A stretch of 64,000 nt of DNA from an uncultured archaeon (GCA_938083505.1 CALKCF010000002.1:26874-90873), one strand, 5' to 3'. Shown: positions 1 through 9,361, counted from the first letter of the stretch. Translations and numbers: made by a program. Notes: a model not told the origin generated them from the letters alone.

Positions 1-209
1 ATACGTGATGGGAACGCTATGCCATTTTCATTGACGAGGCTCACTTGGGGGAAGTACGGCGATATAATTTCACCGACCTTCTCAGCTTTTAGCGCATCTA
101 TCAAGAAGGCGCCTGCTATTAAACCAGCGGCACCAGGCGAGGGAGCTATCTCTATTGCATACGCACCCTTGAGCTCTACAGCCTTCTCGAGTGTTATGCT
201 TGTTTCCAT
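1..209 (-). CDS. PAC2-family (COG1938) proteasome assembly chaperone-like protein, N-terminal fragment running off the window start
   Basis: Minus-strand ATG at 209-207. Hand translation is METSITLEKAVELKGAYAIEIAPSPGAAGLIAGAFLIDALKAEKVGEIISPYFPQVSLVNENGIAFPSR. It fits the G-x-PG-x-G-L-x-G...S-x-x-FP N-terminal pattern of archaeal PAC2 proteins. It lies downstream of Nop10 as in other archaea. It is absent from the ORF track because the window edge truncates it. Confidence 0.5.
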   Translation of the reverse strand, partial: METSITLEKAVELKGAYAIEIAPSPGAAGLIAGAFLIDALKAEKVGEIISPYFPQVSLVNENGIAFPSR

Positions 210-367
210 TTTGTCTCCCTCCTTAACTTTACTATGGTATTGATATACTTATCCTGAAAATTAATGTTTGGTGGGTGCGGATTTTTTACAGGCCCACCGC
301 ATGACGGACACTTATCGCTTGAAAGTGTGTACCTGCCGCACACCACGCATTTCCATATCCTTGTCAA
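194..367 (-). CDS. nop10: H/ACA RNP protein Nop10 (57 aa, TTG start)
   Basis: Hand translation is (M)TRIWKCVVCGRYTLSSDKCPSCGGPVKNPHPPNINFQDKYINTIVKLRRETKWKQA. The Nop10 zinc-ribbon signature C-x2-CG-x-YTL...CP-x-CG...P-x-P...F...D-x-Y is present. The TTG start overlaps the aIF2alpha stop and the 3' end overlaps the PAC2 start. It is below the 60-aa ORF cutoff. Confidence 0.75.
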   Translation of the reverse strand: MTRIWKCVVCGRYTLSSDKCPSCGGPVKNPHPPNINFQDKYINTIVKLRRETKWKQA

Positions 368-1146
368 CTCTTCTTGAACTCTCCTTTTCCTCCTTTTTTA
401 ACTACGTATTCTATACACTTCTTTGCTGCTTGGTTTAATAACATCTCGGACGTTTCATCATCTTCTGCCTCTACCCTGAGGAGGTACCTAGGAGGGCCTA
501 TGACGGTTATCGTCACGTTTTGGCCCTTGCCTGAAAGTGACGTGGCCTCCTTGATCGCATCCCTGATGACCGCAACACCATTCTTAGAGTGGCAATAAAG
601 CATAAGGATGCCCTTCTTTATGACACTCTTTCTCTTTATCTCCTGCTTTACGATCTCTTTCAGGGCTTTAAGGACGTTTTCGGGAAGGTTCTTTAAAAAA
701 TCGGAGACTTCTTCATCCTTTGACATCTTTTCGAAAATGTCGTAAAGTTCAATCTCATCCTTCTTTAGAGATTCGAGAATACTTTTATCGAGTTCAGGCT
801 TGGTAAGCTCAGTCTTCTCAGCTAAAAGTTTTATTATCCTTTTGACTTTTTGCTTTTTCTTCCACCAAAGTAATTTCTCTACCTTCTCCCTTTTCGAAAC
901 CCTCCTTAAAGATAGGTCAACTTGCATCGTGGTTGGGTCGGAGCGCAATACTTTAAATACCGCTTTCTGCCCTTCTTTGAGATAATCCCTAATGTTCCTT
1001 ACCCATCTTAAAGAAATCTCAGAGATATGTACAAAGGCATCTGCATTCTCATATTCATCTAGCAAGACATAAGCACCAAACTTATCAATCCTCTTCACGG
1101 TTCCTATAACTATCTCGCCGATTTCCGGCAACTTTTTTTCACTCAT
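364..1146 (-). CDS. eif2a: translation initiation factor aIF-2 alpha subunit
   Basis: N-terminal S1 domain: LPEIGEIVIGTVKRIDKFGAYVLLDEYENADAFVHISEISLRWVRNIRDYLKEGQKAVFKVL. The likely start is MSEKKLPE (ATG 1146), which overlaps the S27e stop. The ORF track extends it to 1167. Confidence 0.9.
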   Translation of the reverse strand: MSEKKLPEIGEIVIGTVKRIDKFGAYVLLDEYENADAFVHISEISLRWVRNIRDYLKEGQKAVFKVLRSDPTTMQVDLSLRRVSKREKVEKLLWWKKKQKVKRIIKLLAEKTELTKPELDKSILESLKKDEIELYDIFEKMSKDEEVSDFLKNLPENVLKALKEIVKQEIKRKSVIKKGILMLYCHSKNGVAVIRDAIKEATSLSGKGQNVTITVIGPPRYLLRVEAEDDETSEMLLNQAAKKCIEYVVKKGGKGEFKKS

Positions 1147-1345
1147 AAACATCGAGCACCTTTCCAATTATCTGGGCCTTTCCGCCTCTCGGCTTCGCCA
1201 AAATCGAGTTACAAATCCTGCACCTTACAGCGGTCTTAGCATGTTCGAACACTATCTGCTTACTATTACACTCATCACAACTTACTAACAAGAACCTTGA
1301 CGTGGGTTTGGGAATGAGCTTGCTCCAATCGGTTTCTCCGACCAA
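1139..1345 (-). CDS. rps27e: 30S ribosomal protein S27e
   Basis: 68 aa with the zinc-ribbon CDECNSKQIVFEHAKTAVRCRICNSILAKPRGGKA. It sits in the L44e-S27e-aIF2alpha operon. Confidence 0.9.
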   Translation of the reverse strand: MVGETDWSKLIPKPTSRFLLVSCDECNSKQIVFEHAKTAVRCRICNSILAKPRGGKAQIIGKVLDVYE

Positions 1346-1351
1346 ATATGA

Positions 1352-1630
1352 TCACCTAACTATTTCTAACTTCTTCAGCCTTATTCCGCCCCTAAAAACC
1401 TGGAAGCCGCAGACTTGACACTTGAGGATGAGGGTCTTACGCTCAGTTGTCTTGGCCTTTTCGCGTTGGATAGGGTATTTTTGTCCACCGTATCCCTTTA
1501 ACTCCCTTTGGTGCCTTCTAGCACCTATTGCTAAACTCCTCTCTTTACCCTTTTTGTAAAGTGATACCGTATGCTGCGTATGCGTGTTGCACTTAGGGCA
1601 GTATGTACGAATCGTTGCAGGGACTTTCAA
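1352..1630 (-). CDS. rpl44e: 50S ribosomal protein L44e (eL42)
   Basis: 92 aa: MKVPATIRTYCPKCNTHTQHTVSLYKKGKERS...GYGGQ...LKCQVCG. This is the typical L44e zinc-binding pattern. Confidence 0.9.
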   Translation of the reverse strand: MKVPATIRTYCPKCNTHTQHTVSLYKKGKERSLAIGARRHQRELKGYGGQKYPIQREKAKTTERKTLILKCQVCGFQVFRGGIRLKKLEIVR

Positions 1631-1722
1631 AAGTCATCACTCTTAAGCGCTCAATACCACTCAGCAAAGGCTAAATTTAAATGTTAGGGCATAGTGTGTC
1701 GAAAATATTAAGGTTCTTTTTC

Positions 1723-2040
1723 CTAACTCTTAGTTAGGAAAATCTCTATGCAGCTCACGAATCTCTTCTGTCCATTAGACGTCTCGTACTCATCGCTACC
1801 TATCTTTACATCAACAACCTTCAGGTTCTTCAAGAAGCCGTTTCGTAAAAGCCTGATGGTCTCCAAGCATTTGTTTATGTTCTTGCCCCTAGCCCTTAGC
1901 ACAACCACCTCGCTTCCTCTGTTGAAGAGTGTTATACAAGCTGTTACGTACCTTATTGCAGGTTTGCTGCCTACGAGTATCAACCCAGGCCTTACGGTTT
2001 GCGACGTATGCACACCTTTTAATGGGTTTGTTGAAGACAT
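1723..2040 (-). CDS. albA: DNA/RNA-binding protein Alba
   Basis: 105 aa: ILVGSKPAIRYVTACITLFNRGSEVVVLRARGKNINKCLETIRLLRNGFL...VVDVKIGSDEY. It matches the Alba fold signature. Confidence 0.85.
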   Translation of the reverse strand: MSSTNPLKGVHTSQTVRPGLILVGSKPAIRYVTACITLFNRGSEVVVLRARGKNINKCLETIRLLRNGFLKNLKVVDVKIGSDEYETSNGQKRFVSCIEIFLTKS

Positions 2041-2066
2041 CGAATAAGAATATAATACTACCTAGG

Positions 2067-3830
2067 TTATATAAATATTAGCAACGTTAACGTCAAAAGT
2101 ATAATACCCAGTAACATACAGGTGATAAAAATCCTGAAAGACCTTATCGTGCTCTTTGCCATGTAGTTGATTACGCTTTCCGAAAATACCCTAACATTCC
2201 TTACCATTAGTCTTTGGAAATGTACCTCGGCTGGTCTCATGGCAGCCCTTGCTTGCCTGTATAAATTCTTCGCATACTCTGCGACAACTTCTGGTGTCAG
2301 CACTTCACCAACTGGATGATAACCCCTTCCGCCTAAGCTTATGGCGCAAACGAGATGTGTATCTGTCGTCAACAACTCGCTACCCGACACGCCATCTTTG
2401 AATAACACATCCTGCACCAAGGACCTTACCTGCGGTAAAGCATTATTGCCGTCTACAACGACGTAGGCAAATTCTTCACCATCAATACCTATTACCCAAC
2501 ATGATATTCCGCCGGGTCCTAAGCCATCGTTCAGCCCATATTCGTTCGGGACGATCTTTGCATAACCTACAGAGAAATCTTCGTAAGTTTCACTTAGAGG
2601 AAGGGCTTCCACCTTCTTTATCAACTCTGCAACATCATGAACGTCAGAGTTGAATTGATAGTCACCGTTATCTGCAAAGGAGTTGTGCGCATCTATGACC
2701 ACCATTCTGTTCGATTCTTGCATTAGTATGTTTGGTAGCAAGTCCTCCATTGGGTTGGGGTGCAGACTCACTATGGCAACCTTTACACCATCAAAAGCGA
2801 AAACGTTTGCCGATGCCTTGCCGGACGTTATTGTCATAGGCTTTAGGGCCATTACGCTGAAGTCCCCCTCCTTTAAGGCTTTGAGCGAGGATTCGACTAA
2901 CTGTTTAGCTAACCTTAGACCGTCCTCACGTGATGCTAGATCCATTTCGTGTCCAGCCAGCCCTTTGAGGACTATCGCCTCTAAACCATAAGCGGCAAAC
3001 GTCCTCTCTATGATGTACGGCGTGATGCTACCTCCTATTGACCTTACGGGTCCAGGGTGGAAGCGCGGAACAATGACGGACAGTATAGGAGTTTTTTCAT
3101 TCTTATCCCTGAAGAGCATCATGTCTACAGGTATATCGACTGCCTTACCGATTTCGTACAGTATCCCCTCAAGATAGGAGGTATCGCCTTCAAGCATGCT
3201 AAGAACAAAACCTCTGAGTAGTCTGATAGGAGATTGTCCCAATATTTTACCGAATGTCTCCATCATGAACACTGTGAGTAATGAGAATGCTATGCCAAGA
3301 CCGTAAGATGTTAAGATGAGTAATACTGCCACGTTGAAGTCAAGCCTCAAAATAAGCGCTATGCCTACTGCCTCTACGAATGTCGGTAAGAAGACGTAAA
3401 ATAGGGAAAGGCGCTTGAACCTAAGCGACAAGAGGGCTGTTGTGCTCAGAAAGGTTGATATATGCAGTCCAACGTATACTGACACGATCATATGCCAGCT
3501 GTCATTCGTAATGAGCGATATTAGAAACCCTACAAGCGTAGCAGAAGATAGGAGTATCATCCGGACAAAAGATAACGTGTTGAGCCTATTGAGTGAAAAT
3601 ATGGACTCATGTTTTAGTAGAGTTTTCTTAAAAATTACGTTTAGGCCTAAAGACGATGACAACAACAGATAGAGGTACAACATCGAACTTGTTGTTCCTA
3701 CACGCAGAGAAATAAGTAGAGCCACCAGCAATGACAACGAAACCATTGACGTTACAACGACCTTCAGGTTCGGCATCCTGAACAACAACCTATACCTTGA
3801 AGCCATAGCTGAGATTCCGCTACTTGTCAA
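2067..3830 (-). CDS. DUF2070-like archaeal integral membrane protein
   Basis: 587 aa. The N-terminal half is multi-TM, the soluble part carries PRFHPGPVRSIGGS (recalled DUF2070 HPGP...GGS motif) and there is a C-terminal TM. Confidence 0.55.
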   Translation of the reverse strand: MTSSGISAMASRYRLLFRMPNLKVVVTSMVSLSLLVALLISLRVGTTSSMLYLYLLLSSSLGLNVIFKKTLLKHESIFSLNRLNTLSFVRMILLSSATLVGFLISLITNDSWHMIVSVYVGLHISTFLSTTALLSLRFKRLSLFYVFLPTFVEAVGIALILRLDFNVAVLLILTSYGLGIAFSLLTVFMMETFGKILGQSPIRLLRGFVLSMLEGDTSYLEGILYEIGKAVDIPVDMMLFRDKNEKTPILSVIVPRFHPGPVRSIGGSITPYIIERTFAAYGLEAIVLKGLAGHEMDLASREDGLRLAKQLVESSLKALKEGDFSVMALKPMTITSGKASANVFAFDGVKVAIVSLHPNPMEDLLPNILMQESNRMVVIDAHNSFADNGDYQFNSDVHDVAELIKKVEALPLSETYEDFSVGYAKIVPNEYGLNDGLGPGGISCWVIGIDGEEFAYVVVDGNNALPQVRSLVQDVLFKDGVSGSELLTTDTHLVCAISLGGRGYHPVGEVLTPEVVAEYAKNLYRQARAAMRPAEVHFQRLMVRNVRVFSESVINYMAKSTIRSFRIFITCMLLGIILLTLTLLIFI

Positions 3831-3989
3831 GACCGCGCCCGCCCTAACCCAGTATCTATTCCGGGAACAAGACGTTAAATTAACCTATCTTTCTTTTTAC
3901 CAAAATCTCTAAAATGAGCTAAACAGCAGAACTAAAGGTTTTATACAGTCCCTTAAGTCTTTTCAAAAGGATGGTGCTGAGCCGTAGGT

Positions 3990-4991
3990 ATGAGGACGTC
4001 CTATGAAAATGGGGTGCTCGTCGCGTGTAAAGGTATGGTGTTGGCATTCGACGCAGCTGGGGATCGTTTAGATGTCTCTTTGAGGTGCATAACCCACGCA
4101 CATATCGACCACGCCATGAAGACGAACGACCCTAACACGCTAATGAGTGCTGAAACCTACGAACTTCTAAAGGTTACGGGACGCTTAAAGCGGAGCGCGG
4201 ATACCCTAGAATTCGAGAAAACTATAGACATAGGATCTGTGAAATTAACCGCGGTGAACGCTGGTCACATATTGGGCTCATGTCAATATGTGATCGAGTG
4301 TGAAGGTACTACGCTGCTCTTCAGCGGAGACATAAATGTCCATGATACGCTTATCACCAAAGCAGCTAAACCTGTAAACGCTGATTTCATGATTCTAGAA
4401 GCGACGTACGGTGACCCTAACTTTCTGTTCCCTGATAGGGAGGCGATCTATTCTAAAATCGTGAAGTGGATTTGTGAATGCCTAAAGAGCGATAAAATTC
4501 CGGCGTTCAAAGCATACCTTTTTGGTAAATCTCAAGAGTTAATAAAATTGGTTAACGAGTATCTAGACATACCTGTCGTTGTGTGCGATACTGTTGCTAA
4601 AGCGTGCGAAGTTTATAAGAAGTTTGGTATAGATCTTTCATATTTCCGTGAGAGTACGGCTGCCGGTAAAGAACTCCTAAAGACTGGCGAGTGTGTATAT
4701 GTGAGCAACCATAGGACCTATATTCCACTCAACAGAAAAATGAAGTGGGCGACGGCTACCGGTTGGGCACTCAGATATAGCTTCGAATCTTACGACGCTG
4801 CGTTTCCGCTGAGCAGTCACGCTGATTTTATGGGACTGATAAGTCATGTTGAAGCATGTATGCCAAGGAGAGTCTACACGATGCACGGTTATAGTAAGCG
4901 CCTCGCCAAGGAGTTAGAGAGAAGGGGTTTAGCGGCTACGGCTCTTGAATCTGCCGGAGCTTTCGTATCTCTCATTCGTAAAGAAAAGTAG
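3990..4991 (+). CDS. metallo-beta-lactamase-fold / beta-CASP-like nuclease (mRNA 3'-end processing factor-like)
   Basis: 333 aa with the HxHxDH motif THAHIDHA. Further GH and SGD/H positions are spaced as in a short beta-CASP enzyme. Confidence 0.6.
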   Translation: MRTSYENGVLVACKGMVLAFDAAGDRLDVSLRCITHAHIDHAMKTNDPNTLMSAETYELLKVTGRLKRSADTLEFEKTIDIGSVKLTAVNAGHILGSCQYVIECEGTTLLFSGDINVHDTLITKAAKPVNADFMILEATYGDPNFLFPDREAIYSKIVKWICECLKSDKIPAFKAYLFGKSQELIKLVNEYLDIPVVVCDTVAKACEVYKKFGIDLSYFRESTAAGKELLKTGECVYVSNHRTYIPLNRKMKWATATGWALRYSFESYDAAFPLSSHADFMGLISHVEACMPRRVYTMHGYSKRLAKELERRGLAATALESAGAFVSLIRKEK

Positions 4992-5033
4992 GTCCAGCAA
5001 AAATTAAAATACGGCCAAGGCATAAAACCTTAC

Positions 5034-5207
5034 GTGAGCTCCAAGAAAAGACGTAGAGAGGCACCAATGCCGGCCACGATGGCGGGATTATTAGCGTTTT
5101 TTGGTGAGGAATCCAAAGGTTTTAAGGTTAGGCCTGAAGTTGTGATCATTTTTGCTGCTGCAATGATTGTCATGGTTCTGGTCGTTGCCAGGATCTGGCC
5201 GTTTTAG
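5034..5207 (+). CDS. preprotein translocase Sec61 beta subunit (57 aa, GTG start)
   Basis: Hand translation is (M)SSKKRRREAPMPATMAGLLAFFGEESKGFKVRPEVVIIFAAAMIVMVLVVARIWPF. A basic N-terminus, an AGL-x-x-F motif and a single C-terminal TM are typical of archaeal Sec61beta. It is below the ORF-track cutoff. Confidence 0.7.
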   Translation: MSSKKRRREAPMPATMAGLLAFFGEESKGFKVRPEVVIIFAAAMIVMVLVVARIWPF

Positions 5208-5482
5208 GTCTCGTCTATAGCCTGCTGACCTAAACCTGTTAGTGTCCAGAGGTTTTTGCCCTTATCTTTCAGTGTTTTGATTATACCTTCTGTGCCCATA
5301 TTCTTGAGGTGTCTCCTTACAGCCGACGGTGTTAGGCCGATCTCCTCCGCGATCTGTATCGTTGACATAACATTACGCTCCTTAAGCATCTCGATTATCG
5401 CGCTTCGCACTTTAATTCCCCTTGACGTGTTCTTTATTCTGCTCAAGAAAGCCCTTGGATTTACTTCCCGATGGGGTGGCAT
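5204..5482 (-). CDS. small winged-helix (ArsR/Lrp-like HTH) transcriptional regulator
   Basis: 92 aa with the HTH segment MSTIQIAEEIGLTPSAVRRHLKNMGTEGIIK. Confidence 0.6.
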   Translation of the reverse strand: MPPHREVNPRAFLSRIKNTSRGIKVRSAIIEMLKERNVMSTIQIAEEIGLTPSAVRRHLKNMGTEGIIKTLKDKGKNLWTLTGLGQQAIDET

Positions 5483-5531
5483 GTCTCAAAAATCATTAAA
5501 TATGGTGCGATTAATTCTTTTAATAAGATTT

Positions 5532-5703
5532 TGTTTAATAAATTTCATCAACTTTAATAGGTTGCTTTAAAACCCATAAATGACCGCAACGTGGGGCACC
5601 ACATGTCCCATACTTTTTCAACATTACAGTCTCTCGGTTTAAAGGGGATTACAAGTTCATAGCCGCATCTCGGACACTTAATATCCTTTTTATTTCCACA
5701 CAT
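5532..5703 (-). CDS. candidate small zinc-ribbon protein, split over two frames at an A5 run
   Basis: Frame A starts at ATG 5703 and overlaps the aroC stop: MCGNKKDIKCPRCGYELVIPFKPRDCNVEK... Frame B covers 5624-5532: MLKKYGTCGAPRCGHLWVLKQPIKVDEIY. Joined at the A5 run (5614-5618) they give CPRCG...C-x4-CG, a complete ribbon. Confidence 0.3.
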
Positions 5704-6811
5704 CTTTTCTGCTAACCCTCAAAACAGGCGGTATTAAGGCGGCCCTTATAGCATGGTCTGCCAGTACGATTGCAACGACTGCCTCCACAACAGGTACGGC
5801 TCTAGGAACGATCGTCGGGTCATGTTTACCCTTTACCTCGATCTCGACCTCTTTCATGCTGCTAAGGTCCACAGTCATCTGTTTCTTAGTTATCGAAGGT
5901 GTTGGCTTGAAAGCAACCCTAACGATCAGCGGCATGCCCGTAGATATTCCGCCGAGTATACCACCTGCGTTGTTCGTGACCGTTACGACTTTTCCGTTTA
6001 CTATCGTGTAAGGATCGTTGTTCTGTGAGCCCAGCAACCTAGCTGCGGCAAACCCTGCGCCGAATTCTACACCCTTAACCGCCGGTATTGCAAAGAGCGC
6101 TCTGCTTAGGTCAGAATCCAGCGATGAGAATATAGGTTCACCAAGACCAACAGGTAGCCCGAGTACCTGGCATTCGACTATGCCGCCGAGGCTGTCGCCC
6201 TTCTCTCTAACCTCATTTATTCTCCTGATCATCTCGTTAGCTACTACCTCGTCTGGACATCTGACCTCGTTACTGTACCTCTTGCTCCTAATATCATGCA
6301 AGGTGAAGTTTTTAGCCCTTATACCGCCTATTTCCAGAGCGTAGGCCATAATCTCGATTCCCAACGTCTTTGAGAGCAATTTCTTGGCGATAGCTCCTGC
6401 CATCACTAGGCTAGCAGTAACCCTACCAGAGAACCTCCCACTACCTCGCCAATCTGCGAACCCACCATATTTCACATGAGCGACGTAATCTGCATGTCCT
6501 GGTCTAGGCCTATTAACAAAAACCCTATAATGCTCTGAGTTTACGTCCTTATTCCACACGAGCATGCAGATGGGCGAGCCTGTCGTCCTACCTTCGAACA
6601 CGCCCGACAGTATCTCAACTTTGTCCTCTTCTGCTCTAGTTGATGTAACGCTGAGCACGCCCGGCTTCCTCAAGTCTAGTTCTCTTTGAATGTCAGCTTC
6701 TGAAAGCTCCAAACCTGCCGGACAACCATCAACAACCGCTCCGACACACTTTCCGTGACTCTCGCCGAAACTTACGACAACAAACCTCTCGCCTAAGATA
6801 TTCCCCGTCAA
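5690..6811 (-). CDS. aroC: chorismate synthase
   Basis: 373 aa with N-terminal GERFVVVSFGESHGKCVGAVVDGCPAGL. Typical AroC blocks run throughout. Confidence 0.95.
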   Translation of the reverse strand: MTGNILGERFVVVSFGESHGKCVGAVVDGCPAGLELSEADIQRELDLRKPGVLSVTSTRAEEDKVEILSGVFEGRTTGSPICMLVWNKDVNSEHYRVFVNRPRPGHADYVAHVKYGGFADWRGSGRFSGRVTASLVMAGAIAKKLLSKTLGIEIMAYALEIGGIRAKNFTLHDIRSKRYSNEVRCPDEVVANEMIRRINEVREKGDSLGGIVECQVLGLPVGLGEPIFSSLDSDLSRALFAIPAVKGVEFGAGFAAARLLGSQNNDPYTIVNGKVVTVTNNAGGILGGISTGMPLIVRVAFKPTPSITKKQMTVDLSSMKEVEIEVKGKHDPTIVPRAVPVVEAVVAIVLADHAIRAALIPPVLRVSRKDVWK

Positions 6812-6866
6812 ACCCAGGTGTTAGTTTACGCTCTGGATTTAAAGCTTATTATGTATGTTTGCGGAC

Positions 6867-7322
6867 TTACCAGACTGGGACTTCGTATCTGAACATTATT
6901 CTTTCTCCGCCTCTTAGCTTATAACTTCCGGCACCGACTGTTGCATACTCCCATTCTGCCTTTTCCTCGTTCCAGATGTACCACATCCAGTACTTGCCCA
7001 TTTCTGGGTCGTTCCTTATTCCATCGATGGATTCTATGAATTCTCCTAAACCACTAAAGTATTTTGTCTCCACAACAGCCATCCTCCTCAAGGCCTCGAG
7101 GGCTGATGCTCCCTTTGTCAACCAGATAACTTCCGTTTTAGTCGCATTTCCATTATCTATGGTAACCTCGATTTTGAGCAACAGCCCCCTAAGCTCGTTT
7201 ATGTTCTCCGCCTGTTCGGCTAACTGCATCTGCAGAGCGTAAACCTGGTAGCCCACGTACACTAACGCAAGGCTCAACATTATGAATGCGATTATGATTG
7301 CTTGAGATTCTTTACTAACCAA
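6867..7322 (-). CDS. DUF4430 (transcobalamin-like) domain protein with N-terminal membrane anchor
   Basis: 151 aa. A TM helix is followed by ALEALRRMAVVETKYFSGLGEFIESIDGIRND...YWMWYIWNE...GAGSYKLRGGERIMFRY, the DUF4430 pattern. Confidence 0.6.
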   Translation of the reverse strand: MVSKESQAIIIAFIMLSLALVYVGYQVYALQMQLAEQAENINELRGLLLKIEVTIDNGNATKTEVIWLTKGASALEALRRMAVVETKYFSGLGEFIESIDGIRNDPEMGKYWMWYIWNEEKAEWEYATVGAGSYKLRGGERIMFRYEVPVW

Positions 7323-7328
7323 AGAGGC

Positions 7329-8000
7329 TCACCTCCAGCTCTCGCCTGAGGCGACCCTTATACTGGATCGGGCTACAACGGCTACTGGAACCTTAACCTT
7401 CACCATAAGCTTGGCGAGCGCGACGAGTGGCGGGATAAACACTAACGACGTAAGGTGATAGAGGGTAAATGGTATTTGGCCGATGAAAGATAACCAGAAG
7501 GATCCAATCCATAGTCCGCAACCTATTACACCAGTCCAAAAATCGAAAAGCAAGATGGCAATCGCTGTCGTGAGGAGCGTGCTACCGAGTAACCTCTTGT
7601 ACCTATCGAACATCGAAAGTTTGCTCCGCATGCCAAGTAACCATGCAAAAACGAAACCGGACCACTTAAAGAGCCATACGTGCCAAAGTCCGGGACCGAA
7701 AAAGATTAAGTCAAAGACTATTACGCTGGCAAGTGCTAAAACGCCAAAATACCTGTTGAACATCCTCCAAAACTTGCTTCCTCCTAATGGAAGCGAGAAA
7801 GATCCGACAGTCACGAGTGTCGGTATGACCCATTCTAGGTTTGGCAACAGCTCTATTCCGGCAATGGCCCTGTATGCCCAGAACAGAGCCGAAAAAAGGG
7901 TCCCTAGCAGGACGAACAGCCCAAATCTTCTCGATAAGATCTCATCGAGTGTTTTTCCATACCATATTTTGTTTGATAACTGGACAAACACACTTAACAT
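7329..8000 (-). CDS. polytopic membrane protein of unknown function (possibly a transporter S-component partner of the DUF4430 gene)
   Basis: 223 aa with about 6 hydrophobic helices. It is tightly linked upstream of the DUF4430 gene. No catalytic motif was recognised. Confidence 0.4.
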   Translation of the reverse strand: MLSVFVQLSNKIWYGKTLDEILSRRFGLFVLLGTLFSALFWAYRAIAGIELLPNLEWVIPTLVTVGSFSLPLGGSKFWRMFNRYFGVLALASVIVFDLIFFGPGLWHVWLFKWSGFVFAWLLGMRSKLSMFDRYKRLLGSTLLTTAIAILLFDFWTGVIGCGLWIGSFWLSFIGQIPFTLYHLTSLVFIPPLVALAKLMVKVKVPVAVVARSSIRVASGESWR

Positions 8001-8078
8001 GGCTGGATGGATATACCATCCAATATTTAAGAGTTATGTGTTAAAAAGGTCATGCATGCATAATACAAGGCACATAGA

Positions 8079-8999
8079 TTAGGCCGGCATGAAAACAGGA
8101 CTGGAATCCGTTATCGGTCTGGCGGCCTCAAGAACCCGAGCTAAATAGGGCGGTATCGTAAAGATTCTCTGGTGAATGTCAGGAGAGTAAAATTCAAGAT
8201 GCTCGACCCCTCTTTCTTTCAACCTACGCTCAACCTCTTCTGGAGTAAGGCTAAGGGGGTCGGCTGCCTTTGAGCCTAGGACAAAACCCCACTCTGATGC
8301 ATACGACGGTACGAAGGCATGGTATGCCCTAGCAACTGGAAACGTACACGCGACGGTCTTGTAAATGGCCGCGAAACAATTCCTGCTGTAGTAAGTGGAC
8401 GTAGCTTGGGTCACGAACACGCCATCATTGTTCAGCTTTCTCGCCAATATCCGGTAAAATTCTGTAGTGTATAGAAGGTAGGAAGGTCCACCTTCCAAGG
8501 GGTCCGTCACGTCGATTATCGCCACGTCAAACGAGTTATCCGGAAGCCGTTCGACGTATCTTCTTCCGTCCTCGATTACTATCTCAGCCCTTGGATCGTC
8601 AAAGGAGTTCATATGGAATTCCGGCAGATACTTCTTACATAGCTGGACCACTTCCTCATCTAAGTCGACCATCACGGCTTTCTCAACCGTCCTGTGTTTC
8701 AAGACTTCCCTAAGCGTCGCTCCCTCGCCGCCACCTATTATCAAGACCCTTGAAGGTTTTAGATGCGTGAGCATAACAGGGTGTACCAAAGATTCGTGGT
8801 AAATCTTTTCATCCGCACTTGACGACTGCACCTTGCCGTCAAGAACCAAGCATAAACCAAAGTCATAGGTTTCTACTATATCGACCTCCTGATACTTCGT
8901 CCTACCGCTATAGATGACACGCTTGATTATGTGGAGTACTGCCGAGGTTGGTGTCTGCCATTCTAGCAAAAGTCTCCAATTTACTCCTCCTTCTGCCAA
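8079..8999 (-). CDS. speE: spermidine synthase / polyamine aminopropyltransferase
   Basis: 306 aa: VLIIGGGEGATLREVLKH, VMVDLDEEVV, FDVAIIDVTDP. Confidence 0.9.
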   Translation of the reverse strand: MAEGGVNWRLLLEWQTPTSAVLHIIKRVIYSGRTKYQEVDIVETYDFGLCLVLDGKVQSSSADEKIYHESLVHPVMLTHLKPSRVLIIGGGEGATLREVLKHRTVEKAVMVDLDEEVVQLCKKYLPEFHMNSFDDPRAEIVIEDGRRYVERLPDNSFDVAIIDVTDPLEGGPSYLLYTTEFYRILARKLNNDGVFVTQATSTYYSRNCFAAIYKTVACTFPVARAYHAFVPSYASEWGFVLGSKAADPLSLTPEEVERRLKERGVEHLEFYSPDIHQRIFTIPPYLARVLEAARPITDSSPVFMPA

Positions 9000-9361
9000 A
9001 CCTCCTCGACCTCTATGAATCCACGCTTAAGCTCCTTGACATATGCACGTTTTGGTCTGATGTTCTTGCAGATGACCTCATATGCCTTCCAAGGGTCTAC
9101 ACGCTCCCCACATGTGAAAAGGTCAACGGCAGCGTAACCATATTCTGGCCATGTGTGTATTGAGAGATGAGACTCCGCAATCGCTAAGATACCGGTAACA
9201 CCACCGCCCTGTGGAAACTTTTTAAAAAATTCTCCGAGAACTTTAGCCCCCGAGGCTTCCGCAGCCTCGAGTAAGGTCGTCCTCAGAGCTTCTAGGTTTC
9301 TGAGGATCGAAACATCACATCCATACAGTTCTGCTATTAGATGCCGTCCCAACCCCTTCAC
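8981..9361 (-). CDS. speH: S-adenosylmethionine decarboxylase proenzyme (pyruvoyl type)
   Basis: LGRHLIAELYGCD...AIAESHLSIHTWPEYGYAAVDLFTCG, with an E-S self-cleavage site. The likely start is GTG 9361, preceded by GGAGGTGAT. The ORF track starts at TTG 9379. Confidence 0.9.
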   Translation of the reverse strand: MKGLGRHLIAELYGCDVSILRNLEALRTTLLEAAEASGAKVLGEFFKKFPQGGGVTGILAIAESHLSIHTWPEYGYAAVDLFTCGERVDPWKAYEVICKNIRPKRAYVKELKRGFIEVEEVWQKEE

